Shown here piece after piece: positions 1-21,915 of a DNA stretch of 64,000 nucleotides; position 1 is the stretch's first letter, and every line of letters begins with the position of its first letter. The notes under the pieces are model-generated. The model did not search any database. It was not told the DNA's origin and worked only from the letters and a program-made list of their open reading frames with translations. A program made the position numbers and the translations under genes. Location of the stretch: NCBI RefSeq assembly GCF_009914755.1, contig NC_060940.1; one strand, given 5' to 3'. Source of the DNA: the human T2T-CHM13v2.0 reference genome, Homo sapiens.

Positions 1-659
1 ACCGAAAAGAGGTCCTGAGCTCAGAGCTTACACCTCCTGGGAGCACCTCTGCCCACGAGAATGTCTCCATTGCACCATAGGCAGAAAGGGTATGTGGCTG
101 GGATGATTACACAGCACATGCACAAATGCCCCATGTGCCAAGCTCCATAAAACATGCCACATCCTCCAAGCTGTGCTGCTCAGGAAAGGATCTGTTTGTG
201 TGCAGCTTCTGCCTGTCTGCGTGAACTGGATTGAAAGAATTCAGAAAACATGCATGCCATGCACAGTACGGGGCACTTCTGAGGAGCTGAGAATGAACCA
301 GGCTTGGTCTTGGCTCCCAGTTAACTTGCTGCCCACTAGAGAAGGTGACACATGAACACGCTTGAGTGTGATGCAAGGCTCTGACAATCACTAAAGGAAG
401 GAGATCTTCCCTGGGGAGGAGACATTTAGGACAAGACTTCTGGAAGGGTAGAGATGAGAGAAGGAAATTTCAGGAGGAGGAATGTGTGTGAGCAAAGGTA
501 GGGAGTAGGGATCAACCAGGGCATGCTCAGGGGACAACAAATGGCCTGTGTTGCCTAATACAGGTGAATATAGGGATGGTGAGGCTAAGATATTGGCTTG
601 GGACCAATTTATCAACATCCTTGAAAGCCAGCTTAATGCTTTATGGGCATGACCTCTCT

Positions 660-860
660 GAGTCAGACATGCAGATCTAGCTTTGCTGCTTCATATATGG
701 ACAACCTTGGGCAAGTTTGTTCCTCTCCCAAAGCCTCAGTTTCCTCATCAGTAAAACCAACTCAAGGGGTAGCTGTAAGGAGTAAGTGAAGATACTGCCT
801 GTGATGTGCACAGTAGGTGCCTGCATACAGTAAGTGCCCAACAGATAATCATTGTTAATG
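660..860 (+). mobile_element. MIR
   Basis: CCTTGGGCAAGT...GCCTCAGTTTCCTCATC core. Confidence 0.65.
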
Positions 861-1323
861 TTGTCTGTTCAGACTCTGTTGGCCTTCTCATAGGATGGAT
901 CATATCTGAGCCAAATAGCAGCAATGCCTCAGCAGCCTTAAAGGGTGGATCAGAAGAGTCAGGTGGTGTCAGGAAGACCAGGTGTGAGGCTGTTGCAAAG
1001 GCCCAGGTGAGAGCTTAAAAGTTCAGAACCCAGGCACCAGCAGAACTGGGGTAAAGAGGAAAGGGGATGTGGGTCAACAGTACTGACAAGTATCGAACTT
1101 CAAGACAGGGTTAGGCAAAACCCAGGTGACTATGACAGAAGTACAGACACTTAAGAGGGCCACACATAGCCATTAGCTCATTCCCCAGGATAAGCCCCTG
1201 CCGTAGTCTGAGTCTCTGGCCTCAGGGATCCCAGCATCGTGGGGGGAGCAGAGGAAGGGGTGGGTGTGAAGCCTGGCGGTGCTTGGACAGGTACAGTAGA
1301 CAAGTAGTGCTGAGGGCTGTGTC

Positions 1324-1386
1324 AGGAGATAATTGGGGTACTCTAGGGGTAGGAGACAGTTGGGGTACTCTAGGGGTAGGGGACAA
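1324..1386. repeat. 27-bp tandem duplication
   Basis: AGGAGA(T/C)A(A/G)TTGGGGTACTCTAGGGGT x2.3. Confidence 0.85.
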
Positions 1387-1539
1387 CTTTCCAAAGCTCC
1401 ATGGAACAGGGAACAAGGCCCAGCTCTGTCACACACGAACTATGTGATCCTGAATCCACTATCCTATTTTGTGCCATTTTTCTCTCTTTTTCTTGTTTAT
1501 TTTTCTTTTGCATTATTTTTTTTATTATCTTTTTTCTCC

Positions 1540-3682
<2,143 letters not shown>

Positions 3683-3947
3683 CCAAGGGTACTTTAAATT
3701 CATGAGCAGAGGTTTTATGAATCACGCAAATGACGTGAACTTGGGCCGCCAATCTAAGTGATGGCCAGCTTGTGGTTACATCTCAGTGACAACTCCTCCC
3801 CTCTTCTCTTGCATTCCCAAGGTAGGGAGACCTGTTAGGGTGCCAGCTTAAACTAGGAGAGCCTCCTGATAGATTCCCCACTGGGGACAGGCCCTGAGTT
3901 TTGACATTTATCACACTGGCCCACAAGATCATTAATACTGAGGTTCT

Positions 3948-4270
<323 letters not shown>

Positions 4271-4449
4271 TCAGCAAACACCCACATAGCCAAAATGACT
4301 TCAGTGCTTCCTACTTGTCTAGGTTCTTACCTCTCCTTAGATTCTGACCTTATTCCTTTTTCTCTTGCCAGCTCTTCATTGCTTTTAACAAGGTGTTTTT
4401 CATGTTTTATCCAGCATTTTTGGTTGTTTTCAACAATTATATCCTGTAA

Positions 4450-4612
4450 AACAGAGCTTGGCAGATCTTGCTGTGTGACCTCAAATAGGTCACTTCCCCT
4501 CTCTGGACCTCAGCCTTGCCTACCTCATGGCATGGTTGGGAGGATTAAATGAGGAAATGAAGGTAAAGGGGCTAGCACAGTGCTCAGCACATAGGGCACT
4601 CAATGAACATGA
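4450..4612 (+). mobile_element. MIR
   Basis: CTGTGTGACCTC...CACTTCCCCTCTCTGGACCTCAG...GAGGATTAAATGAG. Confidence 0.6.
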
Positions 4613-5251
4613 GTTCTCTTCCCTCTTACTGCCTGGTGGGGCTGGGTCCTTGGGATAAAACAGAAACCTAGTCATCCAATCCGGCCTAAGGTCTGGGTTA
4701 CAGCAGCAGCTGAGGTTCGAGTGCCAATGCCCAGAGTTCTTCATCCTTTTTCAACTTCTGAGGTACCAGCTAAATGTTTGCTCCTGGAGATGGGAGTCCT
4801 GTAGCTCAACCAAGCTGGGCCAGATGCCAATGGCAGGGGAGGCATATGATCACAGTACCAGTGCCGGGGAGCAGGAAGGGCCCCTGGGGGAGCCTAGACC
4901 CATGGCCTCTGCACCACAGCATCCCTGGGAGTGCCGCCATTTGGCTTGTGAGGGTGGCTTAACTGCAAGTGGCTTGGGGTAGCCTGGCTTGTGAGCCAGG
5001 CCTCTAGGGAAAACCCTCCTGCTTGGATCTAGAAGCCAGTGGTATGTGTCCATCCTGGAGGGAACAGCTTCCCAGACCAGAAAGCTAGGGTGCTCCTCTG
5101 CACTGTGGGGAGCTAGAATAAGGGTCTCCTGGGAGCAGTGCAGGCTTTTCCCAGAGTCAGTTCTAACCTCTCCATCGCCTCCATTACAGTCCCCCACCTG
5201 GCCACCCACCACCTGGCCAGGGTCACCATAGCCCTCCCTGACACCAGAGGG

Positions 5252-5562
<311 letters not shown>

Positions 5563-6018
5563 ATCAGAGGGTTTTAATGAGAGAATGTGGATGCCATTCT
5601 CTCCCCAGCAAAGGTTCCCAACACTCAGGGTCAGCTGGCACTGCAGCCTCCTGTCCCCTCAGCCTCATTTGGTATTGGTTAGGGAGCCTCCTGTCCTTCC
5701 CTGAGCTTACTGCAGTCATTTCTGTCCCCATGGCCCTTACATGACATCCCTGGAAGGTGAGGTCTGGCCAGGCAGGCTGGGCATGTCCACTCTAACAGTG
5801 TACATCGGAAGTTCCCAGTCCAGAGAAGTCCTTCTAGGTTTCAGAATCAGGTTGGGACGAGGAGCAGGTTGGAAAACACTGTATTGGCCACAGAGCAGCC
5901 CAGGTCTGGAAGAATGAAAAGTCCTCTGATCCTAAATCATTAGAGAATATATTATAGAATGAAGCCATTTTCCAATCAAATGCAGCACTTTGGCCATTTT
6001 ACCTGTATACATGCATAG

Positions 6019-6300
<282 letters not shown>

Positions 6301-8094
6301 CACAGATGAATTTTTAAACAAGCTCATCCAGATGGTGAAAAAAGGCACATGCCCTTGCCAGATGAAAAATGAGATTCAAATGTGGATTAAATATATCAAT
6401 TAAGAAGTCCCAATCCCTGGCCTGCTGCAGTTATATCCTTCAGAGACAGCAACCATTCTGGGAAGCTTCAACTACATCCTAATTACCCAGTGGGAAATCA
6501 GTGTGTCTTCGGAGGAAAATATTTCTAAGGGCTTTTAGCATGAGCTGTCTCCTCCCTACAGAGGCAGAGGGAGGAGAATTAGGCCAGTGCCAGACTCAGA
6601 GGCACACATTCAGGTATCAAGAGGCAAACGTCACTGCATCTTTTTTAAATCTGGGAATTTCTCTGGAATTCTTTGAATTACCATAGCAAAGTTGGTATTT
6701 CTTTTAAGGCACTTCTTATCTTACATCATAAGATGTTTTCTGAGATTCATTCATGTTGTTTCTTTGCCCCGGACTGCCCCTCCTCCCTTTGTCAGCCAGG
6801 CAAAGCTTTGTTTATTATTCAAGAGACTGTTCAAATGGCGCCTCCCCACAAAGCCTGTCCTGACCCTTGGCACTCCCAACAGGAAGACCAGCTCACTGAA
6901 TTCTGCTGAAGAGTCAGCTATGAATGAGAATCAGATAAAACAGGTGCTATTCTCACCTTCTTCCTGTACACCTGTTCTGGAACATTCTTCCAGCAGTGCA
7001 TAAAGCACTCTGCATTGTGTCTGCCTCTTCGTGCCTCTATGGGGCTGTGAGCTCTTTGAGAGAAGTCCTGAGACCTCCACTCCTTACACTCACTCCACCC
7101 ACTCTCCATGTCCCCAGGGACCCTTGCTGGGCTTGGCTCTGCAGGCTGTGGCAGTCAATGAGCCTCTGAGCAAGCCTCCCTCCGGTAGGGTATTCATCTG
7201 CCCTCCACAAGGCATCTAGTACAGGGCTCTGCATGCAGCAGCTACCTTAAACACACTGAAATGCAAAAAGAAAACAGACTTTATTTTAGATCCTTTGCAA
7301 TGGAGGATGCCGAGAGCCTTAGCAACTTTCCTAAGCTAAAATCTGTGGGCTTCAAAGTGAGTTTCTAGGACTTCACTTTGGGGTGCCACCTTGAGAAATT
7401 TTAAGGCAATGTGACATTAGGGGGCCCATCCCCCAAAAAGGTGCCAAGAGGTACCTTCTAGAAGAGGCTGAAATTTGAGGAGCCCTTTGGTGGGAAACAA
7501 GTTACTAACCCAGCTGGGAAGAGATCTGAGAACAACCAGCTCACGGCTGGCTCTGCTCAAGGATGAACAAGGCAAAGAGCCCCCGTGGGTGTCACCTGGG
7601 TTTTGAAAGAAGTGTTGCATAAATGATTGCCTGCCTGTGGCATCAGGAAATCATTTGACCATCAATCGACAGCACATCTACCTCCAGCCCAGGCCTATTC
7701 CCCTGGGACAGTGCCTCTGGCTCTTGGCTGCTCCTCCCCGCAAATACGCTGCTATGTGCAAAGACTTTTGGCCCTTGGTACACATGTGCCTCTAGCTACC
7801 AACATAGCAGCTTGCGGGGCATTATTTTGGGGCATTATTTCCTAGATTTGATCCCCAAAGACTGATTCCCCCTGGGCTTCCTATACTTGTCCTCTGCACT
7901 GTTCCCTGATTGATCTAGGCAGAGTAGGAGTTCTCACCCGCCTGTATGACCCAGCTCCCCCAAGAAAGACCAGCTCATCTAAGGCTGGAGCTGAACGGGA
8001 ACGACAAGGCCATGGGGCTGGGTAGGGAAAGAGTCTCCCTTGCACAGTTATCAGGCCAGGGACCTGCTCAGGACCCCTGAACAGTGTCTCATGT

Positions 8095-9503
<1,409 letters not shown>

Positions 9504-10367
9504 AAAATATTTAACTTTTAAAGAAACTGCTGAAGTACCTTCTAAAGCAGTCAATTTGCCATTCCCATCAGCACGTATGAGGCTTCCGCATAGCCTTTCT
9601 TGGCTGGCTACAAACTACTGCAGAAGCTTCAGAACTGAGTCTCCCATTGGGTTTACCTGGCTGGTGACTACAATCAAAGCCCTGAGGCCTGCACTCCCTG
9701 GGCCCCAGACAAAGAGGGAGGGGTGTCCTAGAAATACTTGCTGAAGACAGTGTCAGGAATCTGCATTCTCTAAGGAAGCTTCTTGGCCCCAGGACTGCCC
9801 CAGGGGTGGGAAATATTGAGCAGGACCCAAGGGGCCCTCTAGCTCAGCATTGGAAAAAAATCACTCTGCACCTGAAGAGGCCACAGTCCCATATTACAGC
9901 CCAACTCTCATGAAACTCACTTTTGCATAACTAAGTATCTGAGCTGGTGTCAGGGCCCCCAAAAGCAGTCATGGTCGCTGGCTCAGAGACCTGTTCCAGG
10001 GAGGTGGTCCCCCAGTAGACTGCCCAGGAAGGACCTGAAGAACTGAGGGCCCTAGAGTCCTGAGGACCCTCCTGGGTGGAAGGATACTGATCTAGGCCTA
10101 TTCCCCACTGGAAGGAGCTATGGGGCAGCACCCAGGACTAGAGGACAACGTCCATGTACCTACCCATTACTGCTGGGGCCTGGCCTTTCCAGCTGGCCCT
10201 GCTTGTGGCTCAGGATCCCTGATGTTAGGAGGTGGTACAATCTTTAGGGTGTGAGCCCCTCCAGAGTCTGGGGTGTGCTATGCATTTATCCATCCATTCA
10301 TTCATCAACATTTATCAATGTCTCCTAGGAGCCAGAGATGACTCAGGCAGGTTGGATCCAGTTGTGA

Positions 10368-10607
<240 letters not shown>

Positions 10608-13600
10608 TAGAAAGATCCCTGGCAGGCAATATGGAGAGTGATTTAGAGCCCAGGGAGCTTATTAGGAGGAGGTGAGGGAGGGTCTACCTGGGCAGTGTGT
10701 CAGGAAGACAGGGAAGGACAGATGTGGGGTGAGGGCAGAGGACAGTCAGCACATCGGTGCCGCCAACCCTTTCCTCTCATGGCTTCAGCAATGCTGCTCT
10801 CACCGGTTCCCACCACACACTGTGTGCGTAAATAGATGGAGGGGTGGTGGGAGGGATGGGGGATGGGTGTTTGGGCTCAGGGGCGAATCTTGGACCGAGC
10901 ACTGTGAGGTGACGGTGGGGCCAAGGCTTGCATCTCCCCACCCACCTGTCCACTGCCATTGTGGAGCAGCCAGTGTGGAACAGCCAGGTGCGGGTGGGGA
11001 CTGCAGGTGTCCTCCCCAGTCCAGCAGGAAACCACTGACTCATGTCTGACAGCTCTCAGCCTGGATGGGCTCCCGGAGGCTGTTAGTCACCTGTGAAACA
11101 AGGGCACGTGATCCCTTCTTGCCCTGAATTCCTCAGGCTGTGGACTCCCTGGGACCACAAGTTTGAACTTCTAGGAAAGAAGGGACTCAGGTTTTTTTGG
11201 AGACCCCCATCCTCAGGGGCAGGAGGGGAGGGGAGAGGAAACCCGAGCCTGGTGAGGAGGTTAAAAGTTTGAACTTGATCCCTGCCAAGGAGGAGTTGGG
11301 TCTCAGCTGTGATCACTGAGCCTTTGCATCCTGTAACCTTTTTCTGGTTACGCATGGCAAGTACAGCACTGGCCAGGCACGTTTCTGTCGTTTACACTGA
11401 TCCACAGAAGCCTCTGTCCACAGACGACCTCAAAATGGCATTCACCGTAAGCAGAATTCACCTTCAAAACGCTACGTGAGTCCAGGGGGGCAGCGAAGAA
11501 GAGGCCGAAGGAGCAGTGGGGCAGGGGTCGCGGGTCTCTGTGGTGTGGAGGGGGCAGCGCCGGGAATGTGCGGGGAAGCCTGGAGGCCTGGGTCCCAAGC
11601 CCCTGTGCCAATTGCTGGGGGCCCATGAGACTCACTCCACCTTGCTGAGCTGATTCTGGACCCTGATCACAAGGGACTGCAAATCCGTGTTCTCGTGCCT
11701 TCAATCTGGGCCTGCCAGGGTTGAGACACGGCACAGACCCTCTGAGTTGGCTTTGGGAAGATAGATGGAAGCCATTCCCTCTTGCTTCTCCGGTGCAGGC
11801 TGCAACTCGTCAGCCAGTTGATACCAAGTGTTTACAGTGCATGAATCTCGACCCGAGATCTACAACAGGCCAGCTGGGAGAATTTCATTTGATTGTGAGG
11901 AATGTGATTATTTGGCCATTGGCTCCTGGCCTGTGAGCCACTCATGAGTCTTTTGAACCACCCGGGGTTTCAGTCTCAGTGTTTCCAAAAGCTGGGAGGG
12001 CACTTAGACACGTCCACCGAAACCTTTATTTGATATATGAAATGGAGATCCCGAGGGGAGGAACAGCCACCGAGGCCCTGGCTAGAAGTGGTCAAGCTTG
12101 TCCGCATGGGCTCCGAGGGCTCCCAGGGACCGCAACGCTTCAGCCTTCTAGGCCACACTGCAGGGTACACCCAGTGGTCGCTGCCCTGGTCACTGCCACC
12201 GCCTTGGCCTGTTCCTTGCCCTGTGGCACCACCAGTGGGGCCCTCCTCCCCTTGCCCATAAAATTCCTGAAAGAAGAGAGCCTGCCCGGTCAGGCCTGGT
12301 GGATGGACAAGGCCTTCATGTTAGCCAGGCTCCCGCAGCAGTAGCAGCCACAGGGTTGGGGTGGGGGGAACTGTGCAGGTGCAGGAGTCCAGGCTCAGAT
12401 AACAAAGGTGGGGAGTCCAAGGCCAGAGTGGAGGCAGAGGCCTTGGCTGTGCCCCAGTGCCAGGAGATAAGGTTTGTGAGGAGCTGGGCTGTGCCTGGCA
12501 CAGGGTGGGGAGCTGTGGGTGCAGCTGCTATTCTCAGTCCAGGGCACTCCCCTGGGGCTTTGACAGTGAAGACTGGAGCCAGGCACTGAATGGGGGGGCA
12601 GCCTGAGGAATCTGGGGTGGAGGCTCAGCGAGGAGGTGTTTGGCCACAGGCCAGAGGGTCAGGCTGGGGATCCCTGAACCTGGAGTACAGAGTCCTGCCA
12701 GCAACCCAGGTGGAGCCAGTGGGGTGCCCCTCATACCTCCTGCAGCCCTGCTGGGAGGTCCCCCGGGATGGCTGCCACCTGCCTCAGGGGCAGAGGATGT
12801 GGGGGGAACTGGGTGGGGTGTGCCCTGAGGAGGGAGGCTGTGATCTTTGTGTGTATTTGTGCAGCAAACACTCCCCCAGACCCCCTGGCACCACCTGGGA
12901 GTTGCAGATGGGGGGTGCACGGCCCGGGGGTGGTGTGGCCCTTCCCTGAGGCTCAGTCACTCCCTCAAAGATCCTCTGGGCTTTCCTCTGTGTCCTCCAG
13001 GTGCTACCTGGGCCCTGTATGGAGGGCTGCATGCCCCTACAGAGCCATGGAAAGTGGCCAGACAGATGGACCCTCAGCCCCCAGGCCTCCGCTGGCCCAC
13101 AGCGGAGGGAGGGTGTCCTGGGGTTCCAGTGTGTCAGGGAAAGGAGCAGATTGAATGAGCCACTGCCCCTGGCCTTCTTGATGGCCACCAAGCACTTCCA
13201 GCATCAAACCTGGGTGAAGCTGGGGCCTCACTGGGGTACCGCTCAGGGCTGTGGTCAATGTCAGACACAGGACAGTGGGGGAAGGGTGAGAAACCTGAGT
13301 GTGGCCCTCTCTGGATGGTGGGGTGAAGCCTGGGGCCCAACTACCTGCAGCCTCCCTTGGGGCTCTTGCCAGCACGAGCTGGGAGGTGGGACAGGGTTAC
13401 AGGACCTGATAATGAGTCACTGGGGAGGCCACATTGGGTGCAGAGGCAGACACTCCCCCTTTTTGTGAAGCCCCAGCCATTCAATGGGGCAGCACCCCTC
13501 CTCTGACAGATTTGGAGTAGAGCTCATGCGAGGCAGCACAGCACCTTTGGCATGGGCCTTTGGCATGGGCAGCTCCACCCAATTGCTTACTATAGAAGAA

Positions 13601-14123
13601 GGCCCACTCCTGGTACTACAAGTGGATCTGTGCCCCAAGAGGGGCCACTATGGATGGTCAGAGGAATTCTCAGCACCTGGTACTGCCTGAACCTGGTGTC
13701 ACCCAGCAGCTGGCCCATCACAGGTGAGGGACTGAGCGTGGAGGGGTGGTGGGCACCACTCATGCTGAGCACAGTGGGGGTCCTGGGACAGCCCTGGGCC
13801 TGCAGCCTGCCCTCACAGAGGTCTCATGGTGGCCTGGGAGCTCCCAGCATCCCAGGGGATGGGCATTTGTATCTGGACCGCTTGCCACAGGATTAACTGG
13901 TGCTAAAACACAGCCATTCAACAGCATTAGGGGAAATTGAAATGAAAACCATGAGGCACTGTCCCTATACCAGATGTGCCCCTCACAGCTCTGATCACAG
14001 AGCTGGGTGGTGGTGGAGGAGTCAAAGTCCTGGGCTCACTTATGTGTTCAACTTCTTGCTAGGTGGCTCTTTCTCTGCTCAGGAGGTGTCTGTGTCTGCC
14101 CAGGTGAGACAGGAGTCGCCTTG

Positions 14124-14503
14124 TGTATTAGTCCGTTCTCATACTGTTAATAAAGACATACTGCTATGAGGAAATACCTGAGACTGGGTAATTTATAAAG
14201 AAAAAGAGGTTTAATGGATTCACAGTTCCACATGGCTGGTGAGGCCTCACAATCATGGTGAAAGGCGAAGGAGGAGCAAAGGCACGTTTTACATGGCAGC
14301 ATGCAAGAGACCGTGTGCAGGGGAACTGCCCTTTATAAAACCATAAGATCTCATGAGACTTGTTCACTATCATAAGAACAGCACAGGAAAAACCTGCCCC
14401 CATGATTTAATTACCTCCCACTGGGTCTCTCCCATGACACATGGGATTGTGAGAACTACAATTCAAGATGAGATTTGGGTAGGGACACAGCCAAACCATA
14501 CCA
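14124..14503 (-). mobile_element. THE1 (THE1C/D-like) MaLR solo LTR
   Basis: TGTATTAGTCCGTTCTCA...GGGACACAGCCAAACCATACCA; 5-bp TSD CCTTG/CCATG. Confidence 0.88.
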
Positions 14504-14549
14504 CCATGGTTTTCCTGGTGAGAATTCAGAAGCGAGAAATCCCAGGATA

Positions 14550-14625
14550 AATTCCATGTTACATAGGATGTATAATTCCATGTTACATAGGATGTGTAAT
14601 CCCATGTTACATAGGACATATAATT
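14550..14625. repeat. 24-bp tandem repeat x3
   Basis: AATTCCATGTTACATAGGATGTAT units. Confidence 0.85.
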
Positions 14626-15115
14626 ATTGATCACACATAGTCAAATCATGTAATGCAGGAAAAACAAATAGACCAGAGCTATGTGTGTCAAGATGGGCAC
14701 ATCTCAAAATACAATGTCAAGAGAACAAGTGACAAGATGAATATATATGACACCATTTGTAGATGTTTTAAAAACACAAAATAGTACTGTATGGGATTAT
14801 GAATATAAACTTAGGTTGTAAAACAAAAAAACAGGAACAAGAAACATACATACTAACTTCTCAGTTAATAGGGTATCTAAGAAAAAATTTTTTAAAAAAA
14901 GAAAACAAAGATAAATGCTAACTTTAGAACTTGGTTAGCTCTGGGGAGGACATTAGCAAAACAAAACAAAACAAAACAAACAAAAACAAAAAAACCAAAA
15001 AGCAAATATTATGGCAAAATGTTAACACTTGTTAAGTCTAAGATGTCTGAGTTAAATTATGGGGGTGTATTGTATATTGTTTTCTGTAATTTTGCTTGAA
15101 GTATTTCATATCTTA

Positions 15116-16472
<1,357 letters not shown>

Positions 16473-17293
16473 GCCCAAAGGGAGTGGGGATCCTTTCTGT
16501 GTCGGCTACTCTAATAGAAGCCTGTGATCTGTCTGGTCTGAACTGGGCTCTGTCATGAGCGTCACAGAGTTATTAGGAGCCCCAAAGCCTTCCTGACCTC
16601 CGCCATCCCATAACGTAGGGTGGGAACTCTGCCAGCCGGGCTCCCAGGGCTGGAGCCATGCTACATCCACGGGGCTCTGGCAGGGAAGCAGAGTCATAGC
16701 CTCTGCCAAATGAGGTTAATGAGAATCTGCTCCAGGCTCCAGGGGTTTTGAGGCTTAATTAATACTTGCAAGGCCCTTGGTGATTGTGAAATCAAAGGTT
16801 CTGTAAATGTGTACAACGCTGGCCTTATTAACACCAGTGCATTACGCAGGAGAAAGAAGCTAGCCTTCTTATCACTCACTTAGCTCCCTGGAGGGGCTGG
16901 TCCCACGGAGTCCAGGCCAGACTGCCACTGGCTCTTGTGGCCCTTGTCTTGCTTTCCAGGCCACTCCTAGGGTCGGGAGCTCCAGGGCAGCCACCCTGAG
17001 TGGCAGGGGTGGCCGGACTCTTAGTGGACAGCGAGTAGAAGACCTCCACTTTGGGGATCTGGAGAGGCAACAGGGCAGACCCCCTGCAGCAGTCTTGGTG
17101 ATTGTGCCTCCAGACCTAAAGAAGGACTCCCAGTGAGGATGCCTGTCACCTTCCCAGATGGCCGGTCCTTCCTGTATTAGATGTGCCTCCTTGGACTAAG
17201 CACCACCAGGCTCTCTGGAGCCCTGCAGGGAGGACTGGCACTGCCCCTTAGCCCAGGGCAGCCTGGGGCAGGGAGCCATTCCATCTTGCCTTA

Positions 17294-18274
<981 letters not shown>

Positions 18275-19074
18275 AGACCACATCATCCTGTAAGCCACCC
18301 ACCCAGGAGCATCTCACGCCATCCTCAGGGGCCCCTGTTGATGGCAAGAGTGTCTGGATTCCATGTGGAACCCTCCCCACTCTAACAGAGCCTCGCTGCC
18401 CTCAGATACTGGCCACAAACCCATTTGTAACCACTGGGGTGGCTCTCTGGCCAGGGGAGTAGAAGCTAGAAGGAGACATGGGCCAGAAGCCAACATCTGT
18501 GGCCCTGGGTGCTCTCAGCTCTAGGGCCGATAACCCTGGGGATCCTTCAATTTAGGAACCCTCGAGGCCCGTGAACTTGAGGATCTGCAACCCAAAGGAT
18601 GTGTGGCTCTGGGTGTCCTCAACTCAGGGGATCCATACTCCCCAACCCCTGCTGATCCTGGAGCCTGTGCCCCTCGGCCAGCTTCTGCTATGTTGGCTTT
18701 TCTAACCAACCCCCTTTGATGGGTACCAGTTGTGTGCACTGCTGCTAAGACATGGTGCAGCCTCCCCCATGTCGGATCCTGTTTCTGGGGACTAGTCCCA
18801 GCTGTCCCCGTTTCCCCTAGGTATGCTGAATCTTAATGGATGTAACTCGTCACTTCTGCCAGGAGGCTCTGAAGATCGTGAACATCGTCCTCCACGTCAG
18901 CTGTCCCTCCCTCCCTCTTCCCCTACTGGCTTCCTCTCTTCCTCAAACATAGCCAGCCATTATTTATTTCTTCCCATATCCGGGGCCTGTCAAACCAGAT
19001 GGGGCTGAGCCCAGAGCCTGCTGGCTCCCTGCCAGAGACTTCCCTTCATAGGTCTCTTCCCCAGCCCTCTGGGG

Positions 19075-19305
19075 TAAGCAATGTAGTGTTGTGGTTACAC
19101 CAACAGGCACAAGAGACAGGTTCTAGGTTCAATCTCTCTCTGAGTCTTGCCTGCTGTGTGACCCTGGGCAAGTTGCTTAACCTCTGTGTGCCATCTGTAC
19201 AATAAGGACAATCCTAATACTACTGTACATTGTTATTAAGAGGATTTAATGGGACCAGGATGGAAAGTGCTTAGCGTCGGGCTGGCGTACAGTAAGTAGC
19301 CAAGG
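19075..19305 (+). mobile_element. MIR
   Basis: GCTGTGTGACCCTGGGCAAGTTGCTTAACCTCTGTGTGCC core. Confidence 0.7.
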
Positions 19306-20104
19306 AAGGTCAGCTGACGATGGTGCTGAACTGCCTGCCTCTGAATCTCCCAGAACATCCATCATCCATGTCTAAAAATCTGTCCTAAGAGGGCAGCCAG
19401 GCATTTTGCCAAAGCCCAGGTGATCCCTGTCCACCACCCGACCCCAGTCCTGCCCCCAGCCCCCTGCCCCCTGCCCCAACAGAGGAAATGTTGTCCACAA
19501 TAGAAGGATGCTGAAACTCCCTCCCCAAGACTTTATGCGACGTGCCTGGCAAGTGCCCCCACCCAGCCCTGCTAACAACCTCACCCAAACCCCACAACCC
19601 CACCCAACTGCCTCCCAGGACCCAAGAGAGGGCTGTGAGGCTGCTTAATGAGAGGGTGCAGGCCCTGCCTGAGCAGACCATCCCAGGGGCAGCTTGGAGA
19701 AGGCCAGCATTCTTCTATCTATAGTTCAACTTCTCTGCCATTATGGTCCATCTCTAATTCAGGAAGCCTCTTATTATGTTTTCTTTATGTTCTCTTCATG
19801 TTGATCAGTGGGAAAACAAATGAAAGGGAAAATCATGGGTGTTGTGGTTAGGAAAAACTACTGAGGGGAATAGCGGGCTTTGTGTTCTCTGCCTCGATGG
19901 CATGTCTAGGGTGTCCCAGGGCATCAGAAACAGAAACAGCTTTTCCTGGACATGTTATGAGGGTCTCATGGGGCAGGGCACCCACTGCTACAGGAACAGA
20001 CTGAAGCCTGAATCCTGGCTTTGCCATTGGCTCTCTGGGTGCCCTTGAGCTGGTCCTACCTCTCCAGACCTCACCAGCCTTGTCTTTAAAGTGAGAATAA
20101 TGGG

Positions 20105-20735
<631 letters not shown>

Positions 20736-21689
20736 AATGGGCTGGCTCAGCTTCCTGGTGGGCTGGGATGCAGAGTCCCCATGGCAATGACAAAGAACAG
20801 TTGAGCAGCAGGAGTGGGAGAGGCTGAGGCCCAGTCTGGCCTGTCCTTTGGGCCCAAGACCCCATCCTCATGCCTCTTGGGGTCCAGGGAACAGCTGCCC
20901 CTCCCTCTATTTCTGTTCAGCAGTAACCACTGGTCTGGGAGGCAGAAGAGCCTGGAATGACCAGGCCAAGATGAGAAAAGCAATGGTATCTGAAATGGGG
21001 GCTACCATTAGAATCTATTTAGAATCACGTCCTGCATGGGGACACGTCCTGCTGCAACTCATCCTCCATGTGACAGCTGCAGTGCTGTCCATCTCTTCAG
21101 GGATGAACTAGAGTTGGGGAGAGGTAGAAAGACAAGCAAGAGTCTGAGAAGGGCTTTCTTGACACTGGAGCTGGGATCTGACATTCTGGCCTTCTCCACA
21201 GCAGATGTGCAACTTCTGAGCCAGGCGTGGTGGCTCATGCCTGTAATCCCAGCACTTTCAGAAGCTAAGGTGGGCAGATCACCTGAGGTCTGGAGTTTGA
21301 GAACAGCCTGGCCAACAAGTTGAAACCATGTCTCTACTAAAAAAAATTACAAAAACTAGCCAGGTGTGGTGGCACGCACCTGTAATCCCAGCTACTTGGG
21401 AGGCTGGGTCGTTGTGGTCTCCTTAGCCTTGTCTTGCCAGGTTCATCCTGGAGACAGCCACAAAGGTAGGGAGTGAGGAGGCCTCCTTCTTTCTCTCTCC
21501 TCTCACTTTCCATTCTTACTGTAGGAATGATGATCTCTGTCATCATGCTGATGGCTGTAGCATCCCCAGAGGGACTCCACAGGCAGGGTAAACATGCTTG
21601 GTGCCCCTTGGTGCCCGAAAGAAGGAGCAAGAGTAGTCAACCAGGCCATGGAGACCAACGTGGTTGAAGGAGCAAGCAGCCGAGCACTG

Positions 21690-21915
21690 GATAGAGGGGA
21701 TCTGTTGGCCAATGGCCGGGGTTCAAATCCCAGGGCCAGCTCTTACCAGCTGGGTGACCTCAGCAAGCCCATTAGCATCTTGAAGGCTCAGTTCATCCTG
21801 CAAAATGGGGATGATAATAGTATTTATCCCCTGGGGCTATTGTGAGAAATGAAGATGCTCTTTCACATGCAGCACTTAGCATAGTGCTTCAAACTGCAGG
21901 CACCCAGTGAATATC
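21690..21915 (+). mobile_element. MIR
   Basis: GGGTTCAAATCCCAG...GGGTGACCTC...GCAAAATGGGGATGATAATAG. Confidence 0.65.
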
